Shown here in pieces: positions 52,030-52,666 of a DNA stretch of 52,666 nucleotides. The notes under the pieces were generated by a model. That model saw only the letters and a program-made list of their open reading frames with translations, was not told where the DNA came from and did not search any database. This DNA is from Patescibacteria group bacterium (GTDB taxonomy: Bacteria; Patescibacteriota; Minisyncoccia; Phycocordibacterales; VMEP01). A program made the translations under genes and the position numbers. How positions within the stretch are numbered: position 1 is the first letter of the stretch; each line of letters opens with the position of its first letter. Location of the stretch: positions 1 through 52,666 of the forward strand of contig JBBTSJ010000037.1 of the NCBI GenBank assembly GCA_038064715.1, read 5' to 3'.

Positions 52030-52147
52030 AAGGATATTTTAGCATATTGCCGTGGGACAAGAGCATGGTTCATGGTCTATGACTTAAAACGGGAATCTTA
52101 AGTCGGATATCGTGAATCATCGCGCGCAATATGCTAAAATACAAATC

Positions 52148-52666
52148 ATGAAAACCCTGCGAGAATGCATAGTCGAGGCGGAGAAAAAAAGAGTAGCTAT
52201 CGGACATTTCAACATATCCGATTCGGAGGGATTTTGGGCGGTTGTTACGACAGCACGCGCTTTGGATGTTCCGGTAATAATCGGCGTGTCGGAAGGCGAG
52301 CGTGATTTTATCGGCGTGGAGCAAGTAGCGGCTATGGTCAAAAGCGCGCGCGAAAAATTCAACCCTCCGATATATCTAAATGCCGACCATTCGTATTCGT
52401 TTGAGCGTGTGAAGGAAGCGGTGGATGCCGGGTTTGACGCGGTTATTTTTGACGGGGCAAAATTGTCTATCGAAGAAAATATTGTCACAACAAAAAGATG
52501 CGTGGAATACGCCAGAAGCGTTGATCCCAAAATTATGGTTGAGGCGGAATTGGGTTACATCGGGATTTCGTCGAAAGTGCTGGATGCCATTCCGGAAGGG
52601 GTTTCTTTGGCTAATCTGACCACCCCCGAAGAAGCAAAAAGTTTTGTGGAAAAAACGGGCGTAGAC
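52148..52666 (+). CDS. fba: Class II fructose/tagatose-bisphosphate aldolase (5' partial, runs off the window)
   Basis: ATG at 52148, open to the window end. VAIGHFNISD, PVIIGVSEG, YLNADHS, VEAELGYIG are typical of class II aldolases. Confidence 0.87.
   Translation, partial: MKTLRECIVEAEKKRVAIGHFNISDSEGFWAVVTTARALDVPVIIGVSEGERDFIGVEQVAAMVKSAREKFNPPIYLNADHSYSFERVKEAVDAGFDAVIFDGAKLSIEENIVTTKRCVEYARSVDPKIMVEAELGYIGISSKVLDAIPEGVSLANLTTPEEAKSFVEKTGVD

Noticed and set aside
1-52666. Defence, toxin-antitoxin or prophage system
   Set aside because: No nuclease, ATPase, reverse transcriptase, integrase, capsid or small paired-ORF signatures were recognised. Every sizeable ORF is accounted for by glycan biosynthesis or central metabolism.

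Overview
This is a low-GC (roughly 40% by eye), very gene-dense bacterial window. Its gene content (split transketolase, RpiB, mostly Shine-Dalgarno-less starts, an O-antigen-ligase/TPR fusion, a four-helix-bundle gene) looks like a Patescibacteria/CPR-type genome; that assignment is inference only. Positions ~700-45,430 form one very large cell-surface glycan biosynthesis and modification locus. About 31 co-directional genes, often with ATGA overlaps, sit on the + strand (706-36,727), followed by a mixed-strand block (36,824-45,427). The locus encodes 8 GT4-like, 1 GT9 and 2 GT2 glycosyltransferases, 2 large GT-C-like membrane proteins, 2 GtrA-like proteins, a Wzx-like flippase and an O-antigen-ligase-like/TPR protein. 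It also encodes UDP-glucuronate-centred nucleotide-sugar enzymes, an AsnB-like amidotransferase, GmhA, a KdsB-like cytidylyltransferase, an APH-type kinase, a NodU-type carbamoyltransferase and eight SAM-methyltransferase domains, three of them in unusual fusions. Positions 45,700-52,666 encode central carbon metabolism (gap, rpiB, rpe, split tkt, PfkB kinase, class II aldolase). I saw no rRNA, tRNA, CRISPR array, intact mobile element or recognisable defence system. The most unusual sequence-level signal is a dispersed family of hairpin elements in same-orientation copies. They have conserved GCGAGRG / CCGAGCGA flanks and a covarying stem (often with a TAAT loop), and they fill the few long intergenic spacers, including an 85-bp-period tandem array at 28,785-29,126. 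Other oddities are a two-copy MITE-like element, a REP-flanked RAYT (IS200-like) remnant, five heptanucleotide tracts in one glycosyltransferase gene, a GC-rich gene island and a probable frameshift. All functional calls rest on motif recognition by eye; no searches were run.
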